A DNA stretch of 64,000 nucleotides from an uncultured Acidobacteriaceae bacterium (lineage in GTDB: Bacteria > Acidobacteriota > Terriglobia > Terriglobales > Acidobacteriaceae). Made by a program: the position numbers and the translations under genes. Shown piece after piece: positions 48,911-58,419 of this stretch. The stretch lies in the NCBI GenBank assembly GCA_963797895.1, contig CAWCRD010000002.1:63281-127280 (forward strand). The letters are read 5' to 3'. Numbering within the stretch: the stretch's first letter is position 1; the number at the start of each line of letters is the position of its first letter. The notes beneath the pieces were generated by a model. That model was not told where the DNA came from and did no database searches. It saw nothing but the letters and a program-made list of their open reading frames with translations.

Positions 48911-49244
48911 GGTGAAGCTCCTCGTCGTTGAGAGCGGCCTCTGGTTAACGGGGTCCAATGTTCCGGGCCCGAGTGCACACTTGAGATGCCGGCAGTCTGA
49001 AACAGTCGCTTGTGGAAGAGAAAATTTTTCTCCCTATGGCTCCCAAAATTCCCATACCAGACTCCCGAAGTGTTGCTGGATGTACGTTAGCAAGGACGCA
49101 GCAGAAGGCGAAGAGTTTTCGTAGATTTCTTGCCTTACGGGTGACCAATCGGCGGCGCCCCGGGTCGGGAAATTGGTTACCAAAGCTTGCCGTTCCAAGC
49201 GGATTTGGCTGGCTCCATTTTGGGAATGACCGGGGACGGCTCCG

Positions 49245-50261
49245 TCAGGGAGTCTTCGTCGAGATCACGATTTTTCCGAAGTGGGAGGCGTTCTCCAGGG
49301 TCGTGAAAGCCTCCTGCACCTCACCGAAGGAGAAGACGCGGTCAATGATTGGCCGAAGCCCGGTTTGCTCGATGGCCCGATTCATGTCCAGGAAGTGCTG
49401 GCGAGATCCGACGTAGATTCCACGTATCTGGAGCATTTTGTGCAGGATAGGCGTGATCGTGAGGGGCTGTTCGCGGCCGGCGAGCACGCCGATCTGGGTG
49501 ACGACGCCGCCGGTTCGGGTGGCGGCGAGTGATTGCTGAAAGGTGCCCGCGCCGCCGACTTCGACGGTGAGATCCACGCCTCGGCCACCGGTCTGGCTGA
49601 CAGCCCAGCGTGCCCACTCCGGATCGTCGCGATAGTTATGACCGGCGTCGAGGCCCACCTTGGTCGCCCGGCGCAGCTTGTCGGCGCTCGATGAGGTGCC
49701 GATGACCCGCGCGCCGAGCCCTTTGGCGAACTGGAGCGCAAAGCAGGAGACGCCGCCGGTGCCCTGGATGAGCACTGTCTCGCCGGATTTCACACGGGCT
49801 GCTGTGACGACTGCGTTCCATGCAGTGACGCCGGCGCAGGGCAGGGTGGCGGCCTCTTCAAAGCTGAGGTGCTCCGGGAATTTCACGACGCCGTGCTCGT
49901 CGAGGACGATCTGCTGCGCGAGCGTGCCGTCGATGTCGCCTCCGAGGGCTACCTTGAACTTCTCCGGGGCGGGGTCGCCGTCGAGCCAATGCTGGAAAAA
50001 GGTGCCGGCGACCCGATCGCCGACCGCGACTTGCGTTACTCCCTGGCCAATAGCAGCAATGATTCCTGCGCCGTCCGAACAGGGGATGCGGTTGGGCTGC
50101 AGCTTCGGGTTGTAGGCGCCTTTCACTGTCATCAGGTCGCGGTAATTGAGCGAGACAGCGTGGACGTCCACGAGAACCTGGCCCGGACCGGGCTCGGGTG
50201 CGGGAACTTCGTCGAGCGAGAGCTTGTCGATGCCGAATGCGGGAATGCGCCAGGCCTTCAT
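49245..50261 (-). CDS. Medium-chain dehydrogenase/reductase (NAD(P)-dependent alcohol dehydrogenase / quinone oxidoreductase-like)
   Basis: 338 aa. GroES-like N-domain (VLVDVHAVSLNYRDL) and Rossmann motif VLIQGTGGVSCFALQFAK. Confidence 0.88.
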   Translation of the reverse strand: MKAWRIPAFGIDKLSLDEVPAPEPGPGQVLVDVHAVSLNYRDLMTVKGAYNPKLQPNRIPCSDGAGIIAAIGQGVTQVAVGDRVAGTFFQHWLDGDPAPEKFKVALGGDIDGTLAQQIVLDEHGVVKFPEHLSFEEAATLPCAGVTAWNAVVTAARVKSGETVLIQGTGGVSCFALQFAKGLGARVIGTSSSADKLRRATKVGLDAGHNYRDDPEWARWAVSQTGGRGVDLTVEVGGAGTFQQSLAATRTGGVVTQIGVLAGREQPLTITPILHKMLQIRGIYVGSRQHFLDMNRAIEQTGLRPIIDRVFSFGEVQEAFTTLENASHFGKIVISTKTP

Positions 50262-50395
50262 GGATGTATTAGAGCAAGAAACAGGGATGTGGGGTTCAGG
50301 GGTCAGGAATCAGGCTGCGATTTCTTCGAGATCTGCATGCTTGGATCCGTGATCCCCGATCGCTAAATCGCTGATCCCTGCTCTACGATGGAAGC

Positions 50396-50626
50396 ATGTC
50401 GAAGGGCTGGGAATCAAAATCCGTGGAGGAGCAGCAGGCGGAGCGCGCTGCTCCGGTGGATGTGAGGCCCAAGATCGATGGCCCCAAGGCGCGAGCGCGG
50501 CAGGCGCTGGAGCTGCAACGCGAGCAGATTCTGTCTGCGCGTACTGCAAGCCCACACCGGCGGGCTGCGCTGGAAGCCGCGCTGGCGCAGGTAGAAGGGC
50601 AGCTGGCGGAGTTGGATCGCGAATAG
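50396..50626 (+). CDS. Small charged coiled-coil hypothetical protein
   Basis: 76 aa ORF (MSKGWESKSVEEQQAERAA ... LEAALAQVEGQLAELDRE). No family recognised. An antisense ORF of similar size also exists. Confidence 0.3.
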   Translation: MSKGWESKSVEEQQAERAAPVDVRPKIDGPKARARQALELQREQILSARTASPHRRAALEAALAQVEGQLAELDRE

Positions 50627-50710
50627 GCGCGGAAGCCTCGCTTCACTGCGACCGGATATTCACAACCCTACCCTGGCTTCGCTGGGATGGGGCACTTCGT
50701 TATTTGAGGA

Positions 50711-52534
50711 TTAGTGCCGCGCGGCCATGACGCTCGTTTGCGTGGAGAGCCACGCGCGAGCGTGGGTAAGCTCGGGCCGCCTGGCATCGCTGTTCTTCCA
50801 GGCTGCGAGGAACTTCGTGTATTCCTCGCGTGCCATTGCGGTATTGTTGGCGGCTTCGCTGGCCTGCGCCATTCCGTAGAGGCTGAAGCCGGAGTTGGGA
50901 CGCTCCTTCAAGGCTCGCGCATAGGCAGCGTGCGCGCCTGCAGCGTCGCCGGCGCGAAGCAGCACTGCACCTTCGGTTTCGCCCACTGGCTGGATAAACG
51001 CAGGTGGCTCACGATAGCCGAGATTCTTCTCCTCCTTCGCAGCCTGACTGAAGAGCGCCTTCGCGTCGGGCAGTTTTTTCTGAGCTGCGAGGATGGTGGC
51101 GCGCAGCTCGAGCGACATGACGGAGAGATTGCTGAGCAGGGGGCCGGGTTTGGCGTCCGGCATGACGACTGCCATGGCCGGTGCGGTGACGGCGGCTTTC
51201 TTCTCCGAGGGTTGATCATGCACGCGCTGCGATTGCCGCCAGAGATCTGCATCGAGCTGTTCGGAGGCTGCCTGCGCGATGGCGATATCGCCGGTCTGGA
51301 TTGCCGATTGGGCCGCCTGCATGCCCGTTGCGAACTCCCTTAACTGACCGGCGAGAAACTGCAGATTTTCAAGCTTCGCATCCGGCTTGCTGCTGCCGGA
51401 CATATGCACGACAGCATCCCAATCGCCGGTGCGCAGTGCGACGGGAAGCAGCGGATTGATGCGCGATATGCCGTCACGCGGCGACTGCGTGTAGAGCGTG
51501 GCACGAAACTCGCCGCGCGCACCGGAGAGCTTTCCGGAGAGCGCGGTCGCTTCCTGCATCTTGCCCTCTTCCATCAGGTTGGCGATGGCGTACATCAGGT
51601 TATGAACATAGTTCCAGTCGTCGTCGACGGCGACGTGCTGCTCGCGCTGGTACTTTTCTTCGACTGCAGTGGAGGCCGCGAACCAGTGTTCGGCCTGCGC
51701 GTAGTCACCGAGGCGGTAGTAGATGTGGCCGGGCATGTGGACCATGTGGCCGGAGGCCGGCGCGAGGCTCGCAAGCAGCGACGCGCTCTCGAGCGCATGC
51801 TCGGGATGCGGGCTGGCTTCGATGGCGTGAATCCAGTAGTGGTTCGCGGCGGAATCGTTGGGTGCGGCCTTGAGCACTTCCTGAATGAGCGCGATCTGTT
51901 CCTTCTGCTTCTTCTTCGGCTCGCCGTTGTCGTCGTAGCCGTCGCGCAGCGTTCCAGCAAGGAAGAGCCTGGCCTGCAGATCGTCGGGATATTGCCTGGC
52001 GATCTGCCTCCAGATAGCGGTTTCCTTCGCGGTGTCGGGGTCGTCCTCCGGACCGGCGGCCAGGACGGCATCGTTGCCGGCGGAGGTGGCGTCTATATAA
52101 AGCTGCTCATGCTTGCTGACGCGGGGCTTCAGGCGAACTGCGTTCGCCAACGCCTGCGCGGTGTAGCTGTTCAGCTCGCCATTGCGGAACATCAGCGCCT
52201 GATACAGGCCCCAGTAGCACATGGCGCAATTCGGATCGACGCGAACGCCTTGCTCGAAGGCGCGCTCCGATTCGTAATCCCAGAAGTCATGCAGCAGAGT
52301 GAGGCCTTGATTGAACCAGGCCTGCGCCTCGGGTGTAGCGGTGATGGTGAGATGACTGTTGCCGAGGCCCGTCATTTTTAGCGGCGCGGGCAGGGAAGCC
52401 GGCGCGGGAAGAGTCTTCATCTGCATGCCGGCGCTATGGCATGTCGCGGGTTGCGCAACGCTCGCGGTCGCGGTGAATGCAACCGCTACCGTTACCAGAA
52501 AGCACGCGCAACATCGCAGGACAGGAAAAGGCAT
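50711..52534 (-). CDS. Secreted tetratricopeptide-repeat protein; start set at the signal peptide
   Basis: Signal peptide MPFPVLRCCACFLVTVAVAFTATASVAQ, followed by multiple TPR-like helical repeats. Confidence 0.65.
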   Translation of the reverse strand: MPFPVLRCCACFLVTVAVAFTATASVAQPATCHSAGMQMKTLPAPASLPAPLKMTGLGNSHLTITATPEAQAWFNQGLTLLHDFWDYESERAFEQGVRVDPNCAMCYWGLYQALMFRNGELNSYTAQALANAVRLKPRVSKHEQLYIDATSAGNDAVLAAGPEDDPDTAKETAIWRQIARQYPDDLQARLFLAGTLRDGYDDNGEPKKKQKEQIALIQEVLKAAPNDSAANHYWIHAIEASPHPEHALESASLLASLAPASGHMVHMPGHIYYRLGDYAQAEHWFAASTAVEEKYQREQHVAVDDDWNYVHNLMYAIANLMEEGKMQEATALSGKLSGARGEFRATLYTQSPRDGISRINPLLPVALRTGDWDAVVHMSGSSKPDAKLENLQFLAGQLREFATGMQAAQSAIQTGDIAIAQAASEQLDADLWRQSQRVHDQPSEKKAAVTAPAMAVVMPDAKPGPLLSNLSVMSLELRATILAAQKKLPDAKALFSQAAKEEKNLGYREPPAFIQPVGETEGAVLLRAGDAAGAHAAYARALKERPNSGFSLYGMAQASEAANNTAMAREEYTKFLAAWKNSDARRPELTHARAWLSTQTSVMAARH

Positions 52535-52601
52535 TTTCACAACTTCCAGTGCTTGGGATTGGGGGCGGACGCAGTATACGTGTTCGGAGTGGCCGTCTGG
52601 C

Positions 52602-53045
52602 TCATTCTCCGTACATGAAGCGCCTGGCGTCGCAGGAGATTCTGCCGGCTCCCATGCAGACGATCGCAATGAGACCGAGGAGCATGCAGAAATCCGTGCG
52701 GCCTTCGTGCATGGCGGGCCAGAAGCCCTGATGGAGCAGCATGGGAACCTTGGTGGTCGCGATGGCGACGCCGATGTCGATGAGCAGGGGGATGGCGGCG
52801 AAACGGGTGATGAGCCCGATGATCAGCAGCATGCCGCAGATGACTTCCACCGCGCCGACGAAGGGCGCCGTGATGTGCGGCCAAGGGATACCGATTTTTG
52901 CGAAGCGACCGACGCCAAGGGCTGCGGGAAAGAGAAACTTCTGGATGCCTTCGGTGAGAAAGACCCAGCCGATCAGGATGCGCAGCAGCAGGGCTGCCCA
53001 GGCATGCGAATACAGCGGATGATCGTCCAGAATCATGCCGATCAT
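52602..53045 (-). CDS. DoxX family membrane protein
   Basis: 147 aa with 4 TM segments. LLLRILIGWVFLTEGIQKF ... VGAVEVICGMLLIIGLITRFAA is typical of DoxX. Confidence 0.8.
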   Translation of the reverse strand: MIGMILDDHPLYSHAWAALLLRILIGWVFLTEGIQKFLFPAALGVGRFAKIGIPWPHITAPFVGAVEVICGMLLIIGLITRFAAIPLLIDIGVAIATTKVPMLLHQGFWPAMHEGRTDFCMLLGLIAIVCMGAGRISCDARRFMYGE

Positions 53046-53120
53046 ACTTCCAACTGGAACGGCAACTAGTCAAACGTGAAGCAGGGATGACGTATTGGAG
53101 CCGGAGAGGAATGGCTCGTT

Positions 53121-53160
53121 TCAGAAAAGAGATAAGGAGCCGGCGGGCTCCTTATCTCTT
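53121..53160 (-). terminator. Rho-independent terminator of the phytase-like gene
   Basis: Perfect 15-bp stem AAGAGATAAGGAGCC / GGCTCCTTATCTCTT (53127..53141 and 53146..53160) with a 4-nt loop. On the minus strand it is followed by TTTTCTG. It lies 19 nt after the stop codon. Confidence 0.8.
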
Positions 53161-53178
53161 ACTCAGTTGTTCAGAGTA

Positions 53179-54576
53179 TTAGCGCTGGAATCCCCAGCCA
53201 TGCTGTTGGGGAACGAATTGCGAGCCCCCCAGATCTGCATCGGAAAAGCCGAAGACAAAGAACTGGTTGGGGTTGGTATTGGGACCGGAAATGTCCTGCA
53301 GGAAGTCGTTGTCGTTGGCAACCCAGAAGGTGTGTACCGTTTTGCCGTTGTATTTCACGTCGGGGCCGAACGCGGTGCCTTCGAGTTTGGCCGGAATCTG
53401 ATCGACGGTGGTTCCGTTTGCCGTCAGCACCTGGACCACGTCGAGGAAGAGCGTCTTCTGAACCGCTCTTGCTGCCGCCTGCGTTCCGTTGAGCCCAGTT
53501 ACGTCGACTGCATCCTTTAGATCGATCTTGAAAATCTGCTTCACCTTGGCATTGCTGTTATCTCCAAGTCCGTGGCCATCGCGTTCATCCACGAGAAATT
53601 CATGGTTGTTCAGCGCGGTGATATCGCTGACACCGCTGCCAGCGGTCAGCAGATAGGCGTATTCGTGCGTTGTCCTACCGGAGGCAATGTCGATGGTCAC
53701 CATGCGCAACAACTTGGCGGCGCTGCCGCCCTCGGCTGCGTCCTGGATCAGCGCATTCTGCAGGATGCCGACCAGTGTTTTTCCATCCGGAGTAATGGCG
53801 AGTCCTTCCATACCCTTGTTCGGCACCCGACCGCTGGTATTGGCTGCGGTTTCTCCATCGCCTGTTGGCGCAGGCGAGGCGACAAAGAAATCTGCGGGCA
53901 GTTTGAAGGTGCGCAGGCGCTCCCCGGTGGCGCGAAGGAACTGATAGACGTACGGGCCATATTCATCCGAGATGAAGACGGTGAAGCCATCGTTTGAGAC
54001 GCGGATGCTCTCCGGATCGAGGCGCGCGTCGAATACGTCGGCTGAGGTGTGCCGCGGATCGAAGCCATCGGAGCGGCCAGTGAAATAGTTGATCAGGAAT
54101 CGATTTTGAGCGGGACGGCCGGATCCGATGTTCAGGCCTTCGCCGGTGCCGTATGCCAAGGGAAGCAGTGTATGCAGCAGGGTTGTCGATTTCAGCTCGG
54201 GAGTGATGGTGAATGGCAGCGCGGCGTTGTTTCCGCTCTGCTGCAGATGCATCTCCACTGTGTGAAAGCGATCAATGTAAGTGACGGTGTCATCGACGAG
54301 GGGATTGAAACTGACGGCGTTGGGGCCCCGATCCGGGAGGGCGAGGAAGGTGTCGCCAGAAAGATAGGCCATGCCGGAACCCAGGCCGCCGAGGAGGTTG
54401 GCGGGGACGCCGTTCTCAAGCGTGTTGTTCAGCCCTGAAAGATCCCGGTAGGAACCGGCCTTTGAGCCCGTGAGTGTTCCCTTGGCAAGTAAAGTGCCCT
54501 GTGCATGACTGTACGGTGCAGCGAAGGTGCAGCTGATGGCAGCAGCAATGGCGGCGGTGGCGAAGATGTTCTTCAC
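53179..54576 (-). CDS. Esterase-like activity of phytase family protein (secreted, beta-propeller-like)
   Basis: Signal peptide MKNIFATAAIAAAISCTFAAPYSHAQG. LGGLGSGMAYLSGDTFLALPDRGPN and later EGLAITPDGKTL resemble the Phytase-like (PF13449) family. GTG start. Confidence 0.65.
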   Translation of the reverse strand: MKNIFATAAIAAAISCTFAAPYSHAQGTLLAKGTLTGSKAGSYRDLSGLNNTLENGVPANLLGGLGSGMAYLSGDTFLALPDRGPNAVSFNPLVDDTVTYIDRFHTVEMHLQQSGNNAALPFTITPELKSTTLLHTLLPLAYGTGEGLNIGSGRPAQNRFLINYFTGRSDGFDPRHTSADVFDARLDPESIRVSNDGFTVFISDEYGPYVYQFLRATGERLRTFKLPADFFVASPAPTGDGETAANTSGRVPNKGMEGLAITPDGKTLVGILQNALIQDAAEGGSAAKLLRMVTIDIASGRTTHEYAYLLTAGSGVSDITALNNHEFLVDERDGHGLGDNSNAKVKQIFKIDLKDAVDVTGLNGTQAAARAVQKTLFLDVVQVLTANGTTVDQIPAKLEGTAFGPDVKYNGKTVHTFWVANDNDFLQDISGPNTNPNQFFVFGFSDADLGGSQFVPQQHGWGFQR

Positions 54577-54781
54577 GAAGGCGATTCTCCTTTTGCAGAA
54601 ACAGGAGAATGTTAAAAAGCGCTGCGTAACGCGGAGATGAACGCCGGATCAACTCCCGATGAACAGAGCTGGTAGACATTGTTTGCTTCGTGGTCGTCAG
54701 CTTCTACGGTGGCCTGGAACTGAATCTCCTGATGCTTAAGGACACCACAAAACGTCCCTTCATTCCCTGGTGAGAAATGCC

Positions 54782-55552
54782 TTAGCTCCCGCGGTGGAAC
54801 AGAAGAGAATTTGCCTGCGCTACAGGAGTAAGCAGGACCTCCGAGATATTAACGTGCGCGGGCCGCGTGACCGCGTAGAGGATGGCGTCCGCTACGTCCT
54901 CCGGTGTGAGCGGCGTGATGTTCTCGTAGACCTTGGCGGCACGTTGCCTGTCGCCGCGGAAGCGGACCTCGCTGAACTCCGTTTCGACCATGCCCGGGTC
55001 GATGGTGGTGACGCGCAGCGGAGTGCCGAGCAAGTCTTCACGCAGGCCTTCCGTGATGGAGCGCTCGGCGGCCTTGGTTGCGCAGTAAACGGCGCCGTTG
55101 GGGTAGGTCATGCGCCCGGCGGTCGAGCCGAGATTGACGATGTGGCCGCGTCCACGCGCCACCATACCGGGGACGACCGCGCGCGTGACGTAGAGCAGGC
55201 CCTTCACGTTGGTGTCGATCATCTCCTCCCAGTCCTGGCGCTTGCCTTCGTACACCTTGTCGAGCCCGCGGCTGAGGCCGGCGTTGTTGACGAGGATGTC
55301 GATGGCTTTCCATTCGTCAGGCAGTGCGCCGATGGCGCGCTCTACGGCCGCATGGTCGGTGACATCGAGCTGCAGAGTGTGAACATCGGCTGCGCCGGTG
55401 AGTGTCTTGCGCTCGGCTTCAAGGCGGTCCTGACGGCGCGCGGCGAGCAGCAGGCGTGCGCCTTGAGCGGCGAAAGCGCGGGCGGTGGCGAGGCCGATGC
55501 CGGAGCTGGCGCCGGTGATGAAGGCGATCTTACTGGAGAGAGATTGCGACAT
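54782..55552 (-). CDS. SDR family NAD(P)-dependent oxidoreductase (YdfG-like)
   Basis: FITGASSGIGLATA cofactor motif, NNAG, and catalytic YCATKAA (YxxxK). Confidence 0.92.
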   Translation of the reverse strand: MSQSLSSKIAFITGASSGIGLATARAFAAQGARLLLAARRQDRLEAERKTLTGAADVHTLQLDVTDHAAVERAIGALPDEWKAIDILVNNAGLSRGLDKVYEGKRQDWEEMIDTNVKGLLYVTRAVVPGMVARGRGHIVNLGSTAGRMTYPNGAVYCATKAAERSITEGLREDLLGTPLRVTTIDPGMVETEFSEVRFRGDRQRAAKVYENITPLTPEDVADAILYAVTRPAHVNISEVLLTPVAQANSLLFHRGS

Positions 55553-55560
55553 GCTGGGCG

Positions 55561-56503
55561 TTATTCCTTCTGGGATTGATTTTTGTTTGAGGATAGCGGG
55601 GCGTCGGACTGGGCGATGCGGTATTGTCCTACTGCCCAGTCATCGTCGGCGAATCCAGCTCTTTTTGCGCGGTCGAGCACGTCGGCGAAGTAGTCGGCGA
55701 GCCGCATGCGAATACCTGCATCGGCCGCGGCTTCGCGGACGAGACGCGTGTCCTTGATGCCGAGCGAGACGGTTGCGCCGGGCTGCTGCGGCGGGATTGA
55801 GGATGGTCTTGCCGTAGTTCTCGTAGAGCTGCGACTGGAACAGTGCGCTGTTGATGGCCTGATGGAAGAGTGCAGGGTCGATGCCCTGCGACTCGGCATA
55901 CACGAAGGCCTCGGAGAGCGTCTGGTTCATCGAGGTGATCATGAGATTGCCGCCGAGCTTGAGCGCGTGGGCCTGCCAGGGCTCGCGGGAGACGATGGTG
56001 AGACCGCGGCTGACGGATTCAAGCAACGGGCGGACTGCGGCGAGAGGCGTGTCTTCGCCGGACGCGACAATCCAGAGCTTGCCTGCTTCAGCGACGGCAG
56101 GGCGGCCAAAGACCGGCGCGCCGACATGATGCTGGCCGCGCTCCTGATGGGCCGCGGTGATGCGGCGCGCGAGCGCAACGCTGATGGTGGAGAGTGTGAC
56201 GTGGATCGCGCCGGGGTGCAGTGCGTCTAGAAATCCTGGGCTGCCGCCATTGTTTTTTCCGTTGCCGAAGAGGACGGATTCGGTGGCGGCATCATCGGTG
56301 AGCATGGTGAAGACGATGTCGGCATTCGCGACCGCGTCGTGCAGCGAAGAGGCAACGCGGGCATTGCCGGATGCGAGGGACTCGGCCTTTTCCCGGCTGC
56401 GGTTCCAGAGCGTGACGTTGTGCCCTTTGGCGAGCAGCAGGCGCGCGATGGGCGCGCCCATCTGGCCGAGGCCGAGAAAGGCTAGATTCTGTTGAGTGGC
56501 CAC
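55561..56503 (-). pseudogene. 3-hydroxyisobutyrate/6-phosphogluconate dehydrogenase-family NAD(P) oxidoreductase, interrupted by a frameshift near 55785-55800
   Basis: The N-terminal part and core are in ORF 55640..56572 (LAFLGLGQMGAPIARLLLAKGHNVTLWNRS). The expected C-terminus (GATVSLGIKDTRLVREAAADAGIRMRLADYFADVLDRAKRAGFADDDWAV) is in ORF 55561..55899, in another frame. The likely GTG start at 56503 follows GGGAG. Confidence 0.8.
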
Positions 56504-56550
56504 ACAAACTCCCGATGTGATGCGTCTCTGCTCATTCGATGAGCGCAGCG

Positions 56551-56582
56551 GCAAAAAGGAACAGACTGCCACGATGTGGCAG
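56551..56582 (-). terminator. Candidate intrinsic terminator after the OmpA-family gene
   Basis: Minus strand: CTGCCAC-atc-GTGGCAG followed by TCTGTTCCTTTTTGCC, about 30 nt after the stop at 56614. Confidence 0.5.
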
Positions 56583-56613
56583 CCTGTCCGTTGTAGAGCA
56601 TAGTTTTTCGGGC

Positions 56614-58266
56614 TTAGCCTTGCGGTCCCGGAGGGTTGCTGACGCCCGATGGATTGGATGGCGGCGGTGGCGCTGCCGGTTGCGGTGGGGGCGCTGCTTG
56701 CGATGGCGCTGCTGCGGGCGTCTGTCCCGGTGCGGACTGGGTCGGTATGCCGATCGAGGGGCCGGAGACGACCATCTCGACGCGGCGGTTCTGCTTGCGG
56801 CCGGCGGCTGTGCTGTTGTCTGCCACTGGATTGCTCATGCCGTAGCCGATGGCGGTGACGTTGGAAACGGGAACGCCCTGGGAGACCAGGAAATTCTGCA
56901 CGGTCATCGCTCGCTGCTCGGAGAGTTTCTGGTTGTAAGACTCGCTGCCGACGTTGTCGGTGTAGCCCTCGACCTGGATCTTCAGGTCAGGGTGTGCGAG
57001 GAAGATACCAGAGACGCGCGCCAGCTTGAGCTGCGTATCCTGCTTCAGGTCGTAGCGGCCGGTGGCGAAGAGAACGTCGGCGAGGTTGACGACCAAGCCG
57101 CGCGGGGTCTCCTGCGTCTGCAGGATGGAGTTGAGCTGCTGGCGAAGCTGCTCGCGGAGTTGCGCTTCGCGCTGGCGCGCCGCGGCGGCCTGCTGCTCGG
57201 CGGATTGCTGCGCGGCCTGGGCCCGTTGCGCGGCGGCCTCTGCATCCGCCCGCTGCTGAGCTTCGCGCTGTGCCTGAAGCTGCGCCTGCTGCTCTGCAAG
57301 CTGCGATTGCTGCGCATCGATGCGCGACTTTTCCGCTGCGGCGTTTGCTGCATCCTGCCGGGCCTTCTGGGCGGCCTGCTCGGCGGCGACCTGCTCCGCC
57401 TGAATCTTGCGCAGGGTCACCAGACGGGCATCCTCGGCAGTCTGGACGGCGGCGCGGGCGAAGGTGATCTCCTGCTTGCGGTCGCGCTTGCGCTGGTCGA
57501 GGTCCTGCGCGTTCGAGAGCTGCTCCTTGGCGCGGGCGAGGATGTCGGGCGCGTACTGATCCGCGCCGGCGGCCTGCGCGATCTGTACGGCGTTGATGGC
57601 TTCGTAGAGCTCGAGCGGCGACTTGTTGTTGCGCGTGATCGGGTTGTACACCTTCTCGCCGTTCGCGACTTTCGTGTAGATGCCGCGCGGCAAGAGGGTG
57701 TAGTGCACATCGATGGGTGTGACCATCCCGGCCGTTTTGTTATGCAGCACGACATTCTGCATGACAACGACATCTGAGGGCATGGTCACAGCGAAGTAGG
57801 GCTCGGCGGTCAGGATGAGGCCGAAGGCCTGCATGGACGTGGTCAGCTTCACGTAGGCTTTGTTGCCGTCGGGAAGAACCTCGCCCAGGCTGCTCGGGCG
57901 CCCGTCGGGGGTAATTGCCCAGAGGACGTAAGTCAGATATTCCGGACCGAAGGTGTTGGCGGGCGGCAGACCTTCGAAGTGCGCATCGATGGTCGCGTTG
58001 CCTTTGCCGTTATCTACCGTGGCTCGGCCCTTTGCGCGCGGAAGAAGGCTGGTGCCTTCAAAAGCGATGCGGGTGCTGCCGGTGCGGTTGAAGTAGTTGA
58101 TCGCCGGAATGTCGCGGCCGATGACCTGCACGCGATAGAGCGGTTCGCCGTTGCGCATCTCCTGCGTGGGCGGTGGCGTCTTCTGCATCACGGGGCTCGT
58201 GTCCTGCGCTGAAGCGGGAAGCACGAAGACACAGGAGAGAGCCAGGGCAGTCAGGACTGTTTTCAT
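56614..58266 (-). CDS. OmpA family protein with a long Gln/Ala-rich coiled-coil region and a Pro-rich C-terminal tail
   Basis: Signal peptide MKTVLTALALSCVFVLPASAQ. OmpA_C motif: FATGRYDLK ... VEGYTDNVGSESYNQKLSEQRA ... NRRVEMVV. Confidence 0.85.
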   Translation of the reverse strand: MKTVLTALALSCVFVLPASAQDTSPVMQKTPPPTQEMRNGEPLYRVQVIGRDIPAINYFNRTGSTRIAFEGTSLLPRAKGRATVDNGKGNATIDAHFEGLPPANTFGPEYLTYVLWAITPDGRPSSLGEVLPDGNKAYVKLTTSMQAFGLILTAEPYFAVTMPSDVVVMQNVVLHNKTAGMVTPIDVHYTLLPRGIYTKVANGEKVYNPITRNNKSPLELYEAINAVQIAQAAGADQYAPDILARAKEQLSNAQDLDQRKRDRKQEITFARAAVQTAEDARLVTLRKIQAEQVAAEQAAQKARQDAANAAAEKSRIDAQQSQLAEQQAQLQAQREAQQRADAEAAAQRAQAAQQSAEQQAAAARQREAQLREQLRQQLNSILQTQETPRGLVVNLADVLFATGRYDLKQDTQLKLARVSGIFLAHPDLKIQVEGYTDNVGSESYNQKLSEQRAMTVQNFLVSQGVPVSNVTAIGYGMSNPVADNSTAAGRKQNRRVEMVVSGPSIGIPTQSAPGQTPAAAPSQAAPPPQPAAPPPPSNPSGVSNPPGPQG

Positions 58267-58419
58267 CCATTTACTCCTTTGGAGAACCGCAGTTCGGTGC
58301 GCGCGGCTGGGGAAGGGTTGCATGTACAGATGGATGCCCGAGGGGCGGAAATGGCTGTGGCGGCGCCAGGGCCGCCACACGTAACTGGAAGACAAGTAAA
58401 GCATTGAATGCGGTATCAG

